NCBI GenBank assembly: GCA_964350885.1
Contig: CAYGKV010000007.1
Coordinates: forward strand, 1-35,280
DNA: 35,280 nucleotides
Direction: 5' to 3'
From: an uncultured Candidatus Saccharibacteria bacterium
GTDB lineage: Bacteria; Patescibacteriota; Minisyncoccia; Phycocordibacterales; UBA2100
The notes below the pieces were generated by a model, which was given only the letters and a program-made list of their open reading frames with translations, had not been told where the DNA came from and searched no databases. Position 1 is the stretch's first letter; each line of letters begins with the position of its first letter. Both the position numbers and the translations under genes were made by a program. Positions 34,972-35,280 of this stretch are shown piece after piece.

Positions 34972-35130
34972 ATGTCTCAAGATCAACTTTTCAAACTCGC
35001 CTGCTCGAAATGCGACCGCGTCAACTATTGGTCGCGCAAGAACCGCAAACTCGTCACGCGCAAGATAGAACTCAAGAAATATTGCAAATGGTGCAAGGCA
35101 CACACCAAGCACAAAGAGGCGAAGAAATAA
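34972..35130 (+). CDS. rpmG: Ribosomal protein bL33
   Basis: 52 aa from ATG 34972. Zinc-ribbon pairs CSKC...CKWC, basic composition, and tRNA-Trp downstream as in many bacteria. Confidence 0.85.
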   Translation: MSQDQLFKLACSKCDRVNYWSRKNRKLVTRKIELKKYCKWCKAHTKHKEAKK

Positions 35131-35225
35131 TCGGCCTCCGGCCTCATGTGTCTTTCGCTCGCTCGGAAGTGAGAGCCAGCTCTCGCTTCCCTCGGCTTGC
35201 TCAGCCATAGTATACTGCCCACGTT

Positions 35226-35280
35226 GGGCGATTAGTTAAATGGTATAACTTCGGTCTCCAAAACCGACGTCGTAGGTTCG
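35226..35280 (+). tRNA. tRNA-Trp (anticodon CCA), 3' part beyond the window end
   Basis: GGGCGATTAGTTAAATGGTATAACTTCGGTCTCCAAAACCGACGTCGTAGGTTCG. Anticodon loop CTCCAAA. Truncated by the window. Confidence 0.8.

Overview
This is a chromosomal, mostly housekeeping window of about 35 kb. It holds roughly 45 credible CDS and 8 tRNA genes: Glu-UUC, Ser-CGA, Leu-UAG, Lys-CUU, Leu-UAA, Cys-GCA, Tyr-GUA and a partial Trp-CCA. None of the seven tRNA genes whose 3' end lies in the window encodes CCA. Recognisable genes include tsaC (partial), an alkA-like glycosylase, a CDF transporter, a SemiSWEET, pyrF, pyrE, an AICARFT-only purH, trxB, ftsZ, ftsA, ybeY, rpsU, a HAD hydrolase, a HisRS-like gene, lepB, pth, rpsA, a RelE/ParE toxin-antitoxin pair, gyrA, a methyltransferase, an orphan solute-binding protein, rbfA, a short infB, a cysteine desulfurase, clpB and rpmG. 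The gene content and style point to a reduced-genome Patescibacteria/CPR-like bacterium: short IF-2, patchy nucleotide metabolism and many small two-TM TrbC/VirB2-like pilin paralogues. That assignment is inference only. The most unusual signal is non-coding. A family of GC-rich modules sits directly on the 3' ends of five tRNA genes. Four of these modules end in a second same-sense copy of that tRNA's T-loop-to-discriminator segment (17-19 nt). They share conserved cores and a hairpin with a conserved 12-nt loop and covarying stems. This looks like a tRNA-3'-end-associated miniature mobile or integrative element, or a structured trailer RNA. No recombinase is present in the window, but an HNH endonuclease gene reads into one of the affected tRNAs. 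Secondary signals are a 93-bp x 2.7 hairpin-rich tandem repeat inside a cluster of paralogous pilin-like small membrane protein genes, a stand-alone AICARFT domain, a HisRS-like protein with a degenerate motif 2, and a 35-codon sORF with its own SD and terminator.
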